In this document: piece after piece, positions 1 to 13,783 of the stretch
How the letters are laid out: each line of letters opens with the position of its first letter
How positions within the stretch are numbered: position 1 is the stretch's first letter
Assembly: GCF_001194135.2 (NCBI RefSeq)
Contig: NC_068983.1
Span: 37,435,693 to 37,499,692 of the forward strand
Source: Octopus bimaculoides
Lineage: Eukaryota
Length of the DNA stretch: 64,000 nucleotides
Reading direction: 5' to 3'
The notes under the pieces: model-generated
Told to the model about the DNA's origin: nothing
What the model saw: the letters and a program-made list of their open reading frames with translations, nothing else
Database searches by the model: none
Translations under genes and position numbers: made by a program

Positions 1-3000
1 ATTGATCTTGTGCAGCTATAGCCTAAACTTTTATTTACTAAAGATTACCATGTAGATTGAAACAAATGGATGTCTAAGTCAAGAGCTCCCTATAAAAAAA
101 AAAAGTAATTTCTAACCTGGTTAACTTATGACTAACAAAAGGTTCTGGACTGTTTGAGAGTCTACCCTTTAAAACCTGCAGTATAAAGAAACGTTTGTCT
201 TCAGACATTTTTAACTGTTTATATGTTTTTTTTTAATGAAATAGCCATTTGTATTGTTGTGATTCAAAATGGCTTCGGGAACAGTAAGGAAGAGGTGCTC
301 ACCATTGTGATAGTGACTGTAACCTCAATCATGTGAACAAACATGCTTCTAAATTATTTTCAAGAAAAAACAGAAAAACAATAAAAAGTGACAAATCAAA
401 TGAAGCTTCAAGTTTAAACAATGGAATTATTTAAGCTTAAAGATACAAAAAAGATTTAGTGTTGAAAGCATTAATTTGAATGGGGAAAACAATAGAAACA
501 GCAGCAGCAGCAGCAATAACATTAAATGTTTTGTAAACATTATTGGACCAATGGAGTGGCTCAACTTGAGCTGGGTCAAAGTAAAAGAGAAGGAATGGAC
601 AAGGAATGTCCAGAAAGACCCAAGTCTTTCCTTGTCTAAAGAATTTACTCAACAAAGAGAGAAGAGAAAGGTGACATGCTTCTGTTTTTCAAATAACAAG
701 GAGACATTGTATATGCCCTTAAAGAAGAGCTGGGGGAAACCTTGTTCAATGTGTAACAGGATGTGTAGAACATATGGAAGTTTTTGTGTCTGGTCTTGAG
801 TGAGAATCAAGTGAGGAGACAAGCAGAGATAATATGTCAAACACTTATGGCTAATACTGAAATGTATAGCTTTCCGGAATATGAAGTTTATAATTAGGAT
901 ATTGCGACAGATGTTGGCTTCTGGGTTCTACAATATTACAATCATGCAGTAAGTGTGGGAGACTCTTGCAACTACACTTGTACATGTGTGGTGTGTATTG
1001 ACCTCCACAGGGTTATCACAAAAATTGTACCCTATTAAGGATCAGAAAGATGGTCAGTTCAACTAGTAGTGTCAGGGAAGAATGCTCAGTTGCTAAATGT
1101 ATGGTAGTAAAGGCTACATGAACATCTTCTGCTTAGAAATAAAAAGAAATAGGAAAGAGAATAAACAGAGTGGCAGATAGTAACAGTGATAGAAATAACA
1201 ACAGAGTTCTGGGACCATGGCTGAAGCTATTGCTGTTTCCAGAGTATCAGTTTGTAGCTCTAGGGGTATCCAAAGAGAAAGCAAATGAAATCTCATGTTC
1301 AAAGCCACCAGGTCCAGAGGCTGATGACAAGGCAAAGTGCTAAGAAGCCGAGCAGTTAAAACCTCCATCATAGGACAGGTTAAAGGTTTAGGGCAGTTGT
1401 AATTTGTCTCCAATGTTTAGTGGTGATGTGTGAGAAACTGTCAGTCATGGATAATAAAACAAAACAGAAAAAAATAAGATATAAGAAATGCAAAATGAGC
1501 CCAGACAAAAGCTATGTAGGAGACTGAAAGTCTCTTATAAAGAAGTTCCCATCTCAGTGGAGCGCTTTGGCTTCACAGTTTTCTAAATTGTGAGGATTTG
1601 ATGTAATTGCTGAATGAGCAGAACGAGAATGAGGGAGGATTATATCAAAGAGGAGAAGGGGAAAGATGACATTGAAAATAAATGAAAAAAAAAAAGATAA
1701 CGACTGACCAGGGAAGTAGTTTGTAAAAAAATTCCACTTCCCTCATGATGTAGGAAACTTTGTAGTTTGTCCAAACTTGAAGAAAATTTAGACGACTCAG
1801 TTTGCTGATGGTGATCAGGGTAGAATGTGGTCTTAGTTGTAGAGTGATCTGATTGTATTAAGGTGTTAGTTTCTTGTTCTTTGTGGGAGGGTTTCCTTTA
1901 TTTGTTTATATGACTAAATTTTGGACTTATTCTAAAATACTGGATTGCATTCTTCTACCCCACCATATTTTGTCCAACCCATGCCAGCATGAAAAACATT
2001 AAACAATGACGATGATGATGATGATACCCACACAAATTGTAAACTGCCTTTATAACATTCCCATTATCTGATCCCTCTGTGAAAAATAAATTGTCATCAT
2101 CGTTATTATGACAGGAAGCTGAAGTACCAGTCAGGCACTGGAGTTGATGTAATCAAGTATCTCTCTCTAAAACTTGCTGGCTTTAGGCCAAAATTAAGAA
2201 GAATTATTATCATTATTATTGTTACTGAGTGAGAGAGGAGCACATGCCATCAAAATGATGCTGCGGTACAAATATACAAAGCTCAATATACCCATCATAA
2301 CTACCCATCTGATAAGGGTACACCAGGCACATGCCTCACAACCAAATGTGTGCGACATGGTGGTGGTCTCATATAAATAGTGCATGACTTTGCAGATGGG
2401 GGCCCAGTTGGAATTTTCTTCAGGTCAAGTAGCTATCCCATTCAAGAGGTATCTGAATAAGGATGATGTACAAAACGCCCATGTTTCCAGGGGTGAATTA
2501 TTCAAATCCCAAAGAATTCTCCTCAACACATGGCTATGACACTCCTGCGCATGATCAGAGATGCACATATTGTCAGCTACTTAGGGACATGCTCAACTGG
2601 TTTAGGTCAAGCAATTGACAAGCAAATCTGTTATATTGAGCAGAATATTTGCTGTAGCCCATTATATACACCAAGACAAAATGTGTACATGATAACACCT
2701 CCATTCAGTCAAGATCAAAAGCCATGAGAACCACTGTCTCTATTACATCTGAGTTCAAATTCTGTTGAGGTCAACTTTGCAGTTCATCCTTTGGGGGGGT
2801 CGATAAAATAAGCACCAGTTGAGCAATGAAGTCGATGTAATCAACTTACACCCTCCTCTAATATTGCTGGCCTTTTGTCAAAATTTGAAACCATTATTAT
2901 TATTATTATTATTATTATCATTATTGAGTGAGAGAGTAGTGCATGCCATCAAAGTGACACAAAATTCCACCAAGATTGACTTTGTCTTTCATCCTTTCAG

Positions 3001-4029
3001 AAAAAAAATAAGCACCATTTTTGCACTGGGGTTGATTTAATTGATTATCCCCTTCCCTCAAATTTCAGGCCCTCTGCCTATAGTAGAAAGAATTCAGTTT
3101 GTTCACTCAACATATTGTTGCTTCTACAAACTTAGGTATCCTAGCACTGGTCTTTTAGTTCTTGCTGTGCAAAACAAACAAGTTTTCTGTAGAGTCAGGA
3201 TTATTATCATCGTCGTTATTATGTGACTGCATTTTAGAGATGTTGTATCTTTGTTGGGTGACAAAAGGCTGTGTTATGTTAAGTCAGAAAAAACCCCCCA
3301 AAGAAGTGATGAGAAGTATTAGGGAGGTTGGATCTCAAGATGTTGAGTCTCACAGATGATAGGATATAGGATTGAGAAGATTAGCAGTATGCTATAGTGC
3401 AGATCCTTATGACCCGAGCTAGTGTGGAGAAATAGATTCTAAAATGTTGATGTTGGTGATGATGATGATGATGAGGATGATGATGATATTCCAATCAGTA
3501 TGTGTTTGAGTGTGTGTATATGTGTGTATATATTTATATACGTGCATGCTTGCACATTAACTTATAGTAAGACTCCACCCAAATATGTACCTTCAGAAAT
3601 CAATAAGTATCTTTTACATATATCTTCTCTCTATCTCTTGCTTTTGGATTATCTACGAGCTTTTCTAATCTTTATCAGATTATTCTCTAAACCAGCAACA
3701 CTCCACTTTATGTTTAGTTGTTAATCTGGTTGTATGTATAATAGTGGAAGAGGAGCTAGATTAGAGTAACATGATAATCCATTCAGTTTGTCCTTGATGC
3801 AGTATAGCTATATCCAAGGTTGTTTTGTCATTTAAATCTGGTAATCATTAATAATGGTATGTATTGGGCTGTATTTATTGGTGCATTAGGAATGCCTGGC
3901 TATGGGTGTTTGCAAATTGAGACATTGATTGCAAAGAAGAAAAAAAAAAATTACTGTTTTCAGTGAGGAAAATCTCTCTTCTATTTTCTGTTTACCACTC
4001 ACCTCTTTTCTATTAAATGCTGTTTTGAC

Positions 4030-4214
4030 CAGCAGTTCTCAACTGTAGCTCCCAAGGTTGCATGTAACCCTCAAGCATTCTCCCTTCTCTCTATAAACAT
4101 AATAATTTTTTCTTCTTTTGACTTGTGTTTTACTTTTTTTGGTGCTGCTCCCTAAAACAAAAAAAGTCCAAGTTTTGGATCTGGCTTGGATATTAAAAAG
4201 GTTGAGACCCACTG
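4030..4214. mobile_element. hAT (Charlie-like) MITE
   Basis: TIRs CAGCAGTTCTCAAC and GTTGAGACCCACTG. 8-bp TSD GTTTT(G/A)AC. A homologue is at 35702-35882. Confidence 0.8.
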
Positions 4215-4938
4215 GTTTTAACTGCTTCCTTTATGTGAAATTAAGATGATGAGACTGGTGTTATCANNNNNNNNNNNNNNNNNNNNNNNNNNNNNNNNNN
4301 NNNNNNNNNNNNNNNNNNNNNNNNNNNNNNNNNNNNNNNNNNNNNNNNNNNNNNNNNNNNNNNNNNNNNNNNNNNNNNNNNNNNNNNNNNNNNNNNNNNN
4401 NNNNNNNNNNNNNNNNNNNNNNNNNNNNNNNNNNNNNNNNNNNNNNNNNNNNNNNNNNNNNNNNNNNNNNNNNNNNNNNNNNNNNNNNNNNNNNNNNNNN
4501 NNNNNNNNNNNNNNNNNNNNNNNNNNNNNNNNNNNNNNNNNNNNNNNNNNNNNNNNNNNNNNNNNNNNNNNNNNNNNNNNNNNNNNNNNNNNNNNNNNNN
4601 NNNNNNNNNNNNNNNNNNNNNNNNNNNNNNNNNNNNNNNNNNNNNNNNNNNNNNNNNNNNNNNNNNNNNNNNNNNNNNNNNNNNNNNNNNNNNNNNNNNN
4701 NNNNNNNNNNNNNNNNNNNNNNNNNNNNNNNNNNNNNNNNNNNNNNNNNNNNNNNNNNNNNNNNNNNNNNNNNNNNNNNNNNNNNNNNNNNNNNNNNNNN
4801 NNNNNNNNNNNNNNNNNNNNNNNNNNNGATTCTTACTGTTTTGCATGAAATAATCTTTTCTACTTTAGGTAAAAGACCTGAAATTTTGGGGGAAGGAGCT
4901 AGTCGATTACATCGACCCTAGTGCTCAACTGGCACTTA

Positions 4939-5240
4939 CAGTGGCAGACTGGGTTTAAAAATATTGGTTGCCAGGAGACTAAGGGGGCCCACCCACAACT
5001 ACAAGGGGGGGCCACCCACAGCTATCATTTAATTTTTTTTTTTGTTAAAAGTATTCTTTTCAACTGTCTACGAACACAGCCAGGCTGAAATAATGCATCC
5101 TTCCAGGAATGAATAAAAAATTCTCAGACTTGAGGGGATGGGCTCCTTAGACACTAACATGGGCCCCCATATATGGATTCTAAAGGTGCAGGGGCCCACT
5201 TGCTATCGAGCAAGCTGGCAACCTGACCAATCCACCACTG
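4939..5240. mobile_element. hAT-type MITE inserted into a SINE
   Basis: TIRs CAGTGGCAGACTGG and CCAATCCACCACTG. The 8-bp TSD GG(C/T)ACTTA (4931-4938, 5241-5248) duplicates the host SINE motif CTGGTACTTATTTT. Confidence 0.82.
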
Positions 5241-5442
5241 GGTACTTATTTTATCAACCCCAAAAAGATGAGACAAAGCTGACCTCAGTGAAATTTGATC
5301 CTAGAATGTAGAGAGCTGGAAGAAATGCTACTAAGCATTTTGTCCAGCATGCTAATGAATCTACCAACTTACCTTCTTACCCCATGGAATAATAATGTCA
5401 TTTTACTTAAACCTTTCTTGCAGAAATTGTTACAAAATTTAA

Positions 5443-5643
5443 CCCCTTAGCATTTATGTTACTCTGTATAATGTAAAGCTTATTTTTTTACCTTGTTTTG
5501 CATTAATCATGCATTATTTTGTAATTTTGAGATTTCAATGAAGAGATTTTGTTGGGTAGGGGCAAGAGGCTAATTCTGGCTGGTTTGAACATGTAACAGG
5601 AAGACTATTTGGGCTTGATTCAACCAGTTTAAATACTAAAGGG
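5443..5643. mobile_element. piggyBac-type MITE (second family)
   Basis: TTAA|CCCCTTAGCATTTA...TAAATACTAAAGGG|TTAA. Related to ~33160-33365 and ~41100-41290 in opposite orientation. Confidence 0.75.
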
Positions 5644-7782
5644 TTAAAATAAGAGCAAAACTTTATTTTCTGTTCTTGTGTTGTTTTAAACACTATTTTG
5701 TTTTTTATTTACTTTTATCTTTGTTTTGTTCTTTAATTTAATGTAAACAAAAACAAAAACAACAAACATTCAAAGAAATTATATTTTATCAAATATTTTA
5801 ATTAAAGTGGTAATGAGCGTAAAATGTTTACTAAATAAACAAGGAATAATGTTTGGGTAATTTCCAGGGAGCAACATCAAAACACCCTTATGGTCCTTGT
5901 TTAAACAAACTACTTGGGGTATATGCTGATATAGTCTCTTAGAACAACTTCCCAACCAGTTGGGAGTCTGATCAGGTAATCACTAGGATCATGTTACATA
6001 TGTCTGTTATAAGTTTCTTTCCTCTTTTATCTTTCATCTTTTACATGTTTCATTCATTACACTGTGGCCATGCTGGGGCATTGCCTTGAAGAATTTTTAT
6101 CAATCAAATCGACCCCAGTATTTACTATTTTTTTAAAAAGCCTAGATCTTATTCTATTGGCCTTGTTTGTCCAACAGCTAAGTTACAGGGACATAAACAC
6201 ACCGAACACTAGTGATGGGGGACAAGCACAGACACAAAGGCAGTTTCCAGCTGCCAAATTCATTCAGAAAGAAGCCCGTTGTATGTGTGGATGTGTGTCT
6301 TTGTTACTGGTGTTGGTTTGTTTATGTGCATGTAACTTAGTGGTTTAGCAAAAGCGAATGATAGAACAAGTACTGGACCAAAAAAAGAAAAACTATGTAC
6401 TGGGATCTATTTGACTAAAATCTTTTAATATGGTGCTCCAGCTTGGCCACAGTTCAGTAACTGAAACAAATGAAAATAAAAGATTATTTATGCAATGTAA
6501 AAAGAAAGAGAAAGAAAGAAAGAACTGACCAATTACTGGATTGGTGATTAATTGGAAATGACTCCGACTGCGTTCCAGCCAAATTCCAGCTGGATGTAAA
6601 AGACAGTTCTTTAGCATCCAGAAGGAACAAACATTTGGTTCTAGTTAAGATCTTTGCTTTTGCATTCTTAGTTTCAGGAACATCACAGTGGTGGTGGCGG
6701 TGGTGATGGTGGTAGTGGTGGTGGCAGCAGCAGTGGTGGTGGAGACTTACTGATTCATAGAATTGTTTAGAAAGGGTTTAATGGATTGTAAAGCATGAGG
6801 AGGAGAAAGAGGCGGAGGAGGGGAAAACAACGGTTTACAGTTATAATTGAAATCCTTGTTGTTTTTGCTGATGTTGTTGTCTTCTTTCATAACAATCATA
6901 GCTTCTACTACCACCACCACCACCACTAACAACAACAACAATTCCACTATGTCTCCTAGCACTAGCACTACCTTCACATATACTGTCACTATCACTGCTA
7001 CTGCTACTGTCATACATCATATACAACTACCATTATTTTACCACTGTCATCTCTACTACTACCACCACCACCACCACCACCATAACTACCTCTACTATAT
7101 ATATANNNNNNNNNNNNNNNNNNNNNNNNNNNNNNNNNNNNNNNNNNNNNNNNNNNNNNNNNNNNNNNNNNNNNNNNNNNNNNNNNNNNNNNNNNNNNNN
7201 NNNNNNNNNNNNNNNNNNNNNNNNNNNNNNNNNNNNNNNNNNNNNNNNNNNNNNNNNNNNNNNNNNNNNNNNNNNNNNNNNNNNNNNNNNNNNNNNNNNN
7301 NNNNNNNNNNNNNNNNNNNNNNNNNNNNNNNNNNNNNNNNNNNNNNNNNNNNNNNNNNNNNNNNNNNNNNNNNNNNNNNNNNNNNNNNNNNNNNNNNNNN
7401 NNNNNNNNNNNNNNNNNNNNNNNNNNNNNNNNNNNNNNNNNNNNNNNNNNNNNNNNNNNNNNNNNNNNNNNNNNNNNNNNNNNNNNNNNNNNNNNNNNNN
7501 NNNNNNNNNNNNNNNNNNNNNNNNNNNNNNNNNNNNNNNNNNNNNNNNNNNNNNNNNNNNNNNNNNNNNNNNNNNNNNNNNNNNNNNNNNNNNNNNNNNN
7601 NNNNNNNNNNNNNNNNNNNNNNNNNNNNNNNNNNNNNNNNNNNNNNNNNNNNNNNNNNNNNNNNNNNNNNNNNNNNNNNNNNNNNNNNNNNNNNNNNNNN
7701 NNNNNNNNNNNNNNNNNNNNNNNNNNNNNNNNNNNNNNNNNNNNNNNNNNNNNNNNNNNNNNNNNNNNNNNNNNNNNNNNNN

Positions 7783-7955
7783 GTAAAAGCACCTACTACA
7801 CTCTCTGAGTGGTTGGCGTTAGGAAGGGCATCCAGCTGTAGAAACTCTGCCAAATTTAGATTGGAGCCTGGTGTTGCCATCCGGTTTCACCAGTCCTCAG
7901 TCAAGTCGTCCAACCCATGCTAGCATGGAAAGTGGACGTTAAACGATGATGATGA
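7783..7955 (+). mobile_element. Young RTE-type 3' end element (5' part in gap)
   Basis: Same family as the 13784 and 62768 copies, with a (GAT)n tail. Confidence 0.8.
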
Positions 7956-9174
7956 TATATATATATATATATACTTAATAGCTATCCCTATTACTACTAC
8001 ATACTGGGAACCTCTACATAGTCACTCAACCTACTAGAAATAGCAACCAGGATCCATATAAGATTTTATGGGGGTCCACATAGTAAAATAGTAAATTAGG
8101 AATTCACAATAATATTTTAAGGGCTCCTGAAAAGATTTTTTATTTAGGGTGACCCTATCAGTGCAGGTGCCACTTAAAAGCACCCAATCCACACTATAAA
8201 GTGGTTGGTGTTTGGCAGGGCATCCAGCTGTAAAAACTTTGCCAAAACTGACCTTGCCTGTGCTGGTGCCATGTAAAAAGCACTAAGTCCACTCTGCTGA
8301 ATGGTTGGTGTTAGGAAGGGCATCCAGCTGTAAATGTCCTGCCAAAACAGTCACAGTAGTCTGTTGTAGGCTTTTGCCTGGCCAGCTCTTGTGAAACTGT
8401 TCCACCCATGCTAGCATTTTGAAAGAAGTTTCTATAATTTATATATATATATATATATATATATAAAGATTATGTCCAATCTTTAGCATACTGCTGTATG
8501 TCTTCTCAAATCACAATCACAGAAAAAATTGTTGTTAAGAATTACCAACAAAAACAAAGCTGATCAATATGCACAGGTATTGCTAATTAAGTTTAATTAC
8601 CAATAAACATCAGCTTGGATGACACTTTACTCAACCGACAGAGGAAGGTGTCTGATCAAATTGATTATATAAACAGAATTCTTTTCCAACTATTCTTGTC
8701 GGAACCTTTGACATGGAGTATCGAAATTTTATTCTCTTTCATACTTATAAAATGTGAAGCAAACTTAAAAATTTGTCATTACTGTTATTCATAAGTTCTG
8801 CTCATATTGACAATAATGTCAATACGAGCAGAACTTATGAATCTTTTACTGTGAAAGAGAAATTAAATACTTACTCCATTGCGATAGGTAGAAACTCCAA
8901 GCAATGTAAAATATGGCCCGGACTATGTTTACCAGCATGAACGTCAGACTTCAAAAAACCAGTTAACCATTTAGTGGTTTTAGTAAATTTATACAGAAAA
9001 AGTATTATATTATCCAGCATAAATAAAAGTCAACTTCATTATGCATATTTAAGCCATTGTTTTTTTCTGTAAAAACTTATTTTGACATTAAATGAGTCAA
9101 TTTCTGGTACAAATTTTTATGTTTTGTACATCTTTTTTCAACAAAAAAAATATTACAAATAAAATTCTAGAAAT

Positions 9175-9260
9175 GATCCACTCATGTAATTTACACACCT
9201 AAAGTTTATTTTTATTTTTGCAAAAAAAAAAGTGTGTAAATTACATGGGTTTTTACAGTA
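9175..9260. mobile_element. Right end of a Tc1/mariner-type (Tc2-like) element
   Basis: Subterminal inverted motif CATGTAATTTACACAC / GTGTGTAAATTACATG, ending ...TTTTTACAG|TA. The left end was not found. Confidence 0.4.
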
Positions 9261-9270
9261 TATACATACA

Positions 9271-9440
9271 TAACAATATCCTCTAAAGGCCTATGTCAAA
9301 TTAGCAACATGGATATGAGAAAAGGATGTGGAATGTGGAAGACTTTATTTATATATATATATATACATACATATAAAGTCTTCCACATCCTTTTCTCATA
9401 TACATGTTCTCATGACATAGGCCTGTAGAGGATATTGTTA
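9271..9440. repeat. Fold-back (MITE-like) inverted repeat with a (TA)n loop
   Basis: AACAATATCCTCTA.AGGCCTATGTCA...GAGAAAAGGATGTGGAA...GACTTTAT is mirrored on the right arm; arms are ~70 bp. Confidence 0.75.
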
Positions 9441-9779
9441 AGATTTTACTTTAATGCCCATTACTTTTAGAAACAGAATGATTTCTCTCAACTAGCAGTG
9501 ATATGTTTGTAGGAAGAAGACAGAAGTCCTTTCACAATTGTCATGTTGTAGTTGTTCAGCTGAAGCCGAGCCTGGTTGAGCAGATCTATGTTCAAAAATG
9601 TTCTGGCTGCAATGATATTATTCAATGTGCAATTCTATTTTTATTATGATAGAGTGTGATTTGCAGGCAATTCAGCTTCTATTTTTTACAACCTGAGAGG
9701 TCATGTAGAGGCTCTCATATTGTCTTGGAGAATTGCCATCTTATCTCTAGATGATGGTCAGTCTGACTATGAAAAGCAA

Positions 9780-9869
9780 TGATTCTGAACACCACCATCA
9801 CCACCACAATCATCAACACCACCAACAGTTTCTTCTTCTTTGTTGATGATGGTGATGATGATGATGATG

Positions 9870-9914
<45 letters not shown>

Positions 9915-9990
9915 GTTGTAGTACTAATAGTAATGATGATAATAATAGTAATAGTGATGAAGATGATGATAATAATAATAATAATAATAA
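9780..9990. repeat. Compound microsatellite (CAC/GAT/AAT)n
   Basis: Directly visible; it produces the poly-I, poly-N and poly-L ORFs in the track. Confidence 0.9.
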
Positions 9991-10892
9991 GGGGCTTTGA
10001 CAATTTTCTTTGGATGTCTTTGGTAAACTTGTAATATATTTGAACGAAGTGATATAAATAGGAATTGCTATAAATAGCAATCTTTTCAATCAATAACGGT
10101 GTACTTTTATCCACAATACTTGGAAAAATATTTCTCAAGTAGTCTATCCATATTTAGTTTTAATGTTTGATATTTATCTTTGTTGTTTATATTGGGGAAT
10201 AAGTATTTCTGAAGCCTTTGAGGAAGAATGCTTAGTATATTAATTTACTTGTATTCCATCACAGCATTCTTCAAATGTGTATACTGTATTAACATCGATA
10301 AACCTCAATCCTCTGTGGTGTTTATATACCAAGTAACATGTAAAGTATAATTGATCTACAAAATCAAAAGAATGTCTTAATATATTTATTTAGTCTTTTC
10401 TTTGATGAAGTGTACAGAACTGCAGAATATTATCTATTTGTTTATTCTTTCATTATAAATTGAAAGCATATATTTGATAACAATATATTTGTCAACATGA
10501 CATAATGTTGTTTAAAATATACATTTTGTTTAACCCACATTGGCCTTTTGTTTCTCACAATATCCTTTAGCATTCTGGTATGGTTTTGTGGTTAAGAAGT
10601 TCGCTTTTGCATTCAGTCCCACTGCACAACACCTTGGGCAAGTGTGTTCTACTATAACCCTGGGCTGAACAATGTTTTGTGAGTGAATTTGGTAGATGAA
10701 AAATGTGTATCATCATCATCATTTAAAGTTCGTTTACAGATGTTGTCTACTATAGCTCTGGGACAATCAAAACCTTGCAAGGCTTTGTCTACCCATCAAT
10801 GATGGGAAACAAGTAACTCTAAGTACTGGAAATCAGAACCTTTCTGTTATGTGTTAAAGAATACTTTGCATGTTTATTGAGGCCTCTAATTT

Positions 10893-11205
10893 ATCATCAT
10901 CATCGTCATCGTCGTCGTTTAACGTCCACTTTCCATGCTGGCATGGGTTGGATGGTTTGACTGAGGTCTGAAAAGCCAGTGGCTGCACCAGGCACCACTC
11001 TGCTCTGGCAGAGTTTCTACAGCTGGATGCCCTTCCTAATGCCAACCACTCCGAGAGTGTAGTGGATGCTTTTTACATGCCACCAGCACAGGAGCCAATC
11101 AGGTAGGCCTGACATCGATCACATTTGGATAGTGCTTTTTATGTGCCACTGGTACGGGAGCCATTCAGGGGACATTGGCATTGGCCAAATTCAGATGATG
11201 CTTTT
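10893..11205 (-). mobile_element. RTE-type 3' end element
   Basis: Reverse-complement copy: (CAT)n, GTTTAACGTCCACTTTCCATGC, GATGCCCTTCCTAA(T/C)GCCAACCAC. Confidence 0.75.
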
Positions 11206-12941
11206 TATGTGTATGTGTGTGTATGTATATGTGTGTGTGTTTGTGTAGGTATGTGGCCAAGTGGTTAGGGTATTCAGATTACAGTCTTAAGGTTATGAGT
11301 TTAATACCTGGCAGCACGTTGTATCCTTGAGCAAGACTCTTTATTTTGCATTGTTCTAATCCACTCAGCTGGCAAAAGTGAGTTGCACCTGTAATCTAAC
11401 AGACTAGCCTAGTTGCATTCAGAGGGTCATGTTAAATCTTCCTGAGAACTACATTAAGGGCCTGTGTGTCTGTGGAGTACTCAACCAGTTGCATGTAAAT
11501 TTCATGAGCAGGCTGTTCCATTCATCAGATCAACTGGAACTCTTGTCATCGTAACTGACAGAGTGCCAGTACCCCACCCCCACTACTTGACAACTGATGT
11601 TGGTTTGCTTGCATCTTTGTAACTTAATAGCTTGGCAAAAGAGATCAATAGAATAAGTACCAGACTTTTAAAATATGTACTGAAGTGCCCCAGCATGGCC
11701 ACAGTCCAATGACAAATGAATAAAAGATAAATACAGATTTCATGATATTGTCCTCTGCTGTGGTGGTGCAGTGGTGTGTTAAATCCATCTTATTTTTCCC
11801 ATTTTAGACATGAAAGTATATGGCTTATTGGTTGTGGGTTCAATTCCTAGACTGGGCAGCATGTTGTGTCTTTGAGTTAGCATGATATTTCACAATGCTC
11901 CAGTTTATTTGGCTGAAAATAAAAGAAGGCCCTGCCAGTGCAACTTTGGTGTAGCCCTCTTTCTCCTTCAGCTATCACATCCCAAATGTCCCACTGGATC
12001 AAGAGTGAGAGAACCAAGACAGTGTTGTAGGTTTGTTCACAACTTCACAAGCACCTAAAACAATTAGCAGGAGTACAGAGTAAGCTACTATGTCATAACT
12101 TGCTTCTAAGTGATAACTAAGTACATCAAACCACCTTTAAACTGTATAAATGGATCCATCTACCTATTTAGCTAACAAGCTAGTTGGGTTACTCTTAACA
12201 AAATTATCCAAAGTAACATGAGATTCTAACCACCCCCCCAAAAAAAACCCAAACCCCAAATCACTTAAGTTAATTACTCAGCTATGTATGCAAGTGTTGA
12301 CAGAGCAGGTCACTTTTTATTACTCATCATCATCATCACCAGCAGCAGCAGCACCACCACCACTGCCACTCTCATGATATCCATTGCTGTCACCATTAAC
12401 ATTATTGTTATGGCCGTCCTCGTTCTGATCAATGTTGTCCAGATGCAGGCTTAGCCATATATAAGGTTAAAAAATTTGCCTTATAGTCTTATAAGATCAG
12501 GGTTTCAATCCTACCATGTGGCACCTTATTAAAGTGTCTTCTACCTATAACCTCAGGTTGCTCCACTCTTTGTCAGTGAAACCTAATGCACAGACATTGT
12601 GTAAGAGCTCCATTCAGATGGACACTATCTGGTCTTGGGTAGTAGACTTAACTCATTGACCACATTCATGTCGAAACCCTGATCCTTGAGTGCCTTTCGC
12701 AGAGTCCACTCTGCTAGAAGTATTCAGACCAAATGCGTGGTACCATTCCTCCCTCTCTGCATCCCACCACCAATCTGTCTTTGAGGCTTTGCAGAAAAAT
12801 GGTCTTGGGTATTATTGTTCTCTTTTCCACCATCTCTGAATAAGCAATGGAAAAGAAAACCCTCTCTGTCTTTTGCTATCTATCATCACATTCTTATCCC
12901 CATCAGCATCACAAACATTATCATCTCCTGCACCATCATGC

Positions 12942-12943
<2 letters not shown>

Positions 12944-13003
<60 letters not shown>
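12944..13003. repeat. (CAT)n microsatellite
   Basis: Directly visible. Confidence 0.95.
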
Positions 13004-13783
13004 CTAGTATGCTCTCTAATTTATTACTATCTTTCTCAGTTGATCTATCAAAAACATTCTCTCTCTCTCTCTCTCTCCCTTTNNNNNNNNNNNNNNNNNN
13101 NNNNNNNNNNNNNNNNNNNNNNNNNNNNNNNNNNNNNNNNNNNNNNNNNNNNNNNNNNNNNNNNNNNNNNNNNNNNNNNNNNNNNNNNNNNNNNNNNNNN
13201 NNNNNNNNNNNNNNNNNNNNNNNNNNNNNNNNNNNNNNNNNNNNNNNNNNNNNNNNNNNNNNNNNNNNNNNNNNNNNNNNNNNNNNNNNNNNNNNNNNNN
13301 NNNNNNNNNNNNNNNNNNNNNNNNNNNNNNNNNNNNNNNNNNNNNNNNNNNNNNNNNNNNNNNNNNNNNNNNNNNNNNNNNNNNNNNNNNNNNNNNNNNN
13401 NNNNNNNNNNNNNNNNNNNNNNNNNNNNNNNNNNNNNNNNNNNNNNNNNNNNNNNNNNNNNNNNNNNNNNNNNNNNNNNNNNNNNNNNNNNNNNNNNNNN
13501 NNNNNNNNNNNNNNNNNNNNNNNNNNNNNNNNNNNNNNNNNNNNNNNNNNNNNNNNNNNNNNNNNNNNNNNNNNNNNNNNNNNNNNNNNNNNNNNNNNNN
13601 NNNNNNNNNNNNNNNNNNNNNNNNNNNNNNNNNNNNNNNNNNNNNNNNNNNNNNNNNNNNNNNNNNNNNNNNNNNNNNNNNNNNNNNNNNNNNNNNNNNN
13701 NNNNNNNNNNNNNNNNNNNNNNNNNNNNNNNNNNNNNNNNNNNNNNNNNNNNNNNNNNNNNNNNNNNNNNNNNNNNNNNNNNN

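Noticed and set aside
476-1413. ORFs of 99-107 aa near the window start
   Set aside because: No recognisable domain or convincing splice structure; probably decayed repeat or random open frames.
9715-10138. Poly-I, poly-N and poly-L ORFs
   Set aside because: They are translations of (AAT)n/(GAT)n microsatellites, open in several frames on both strands.
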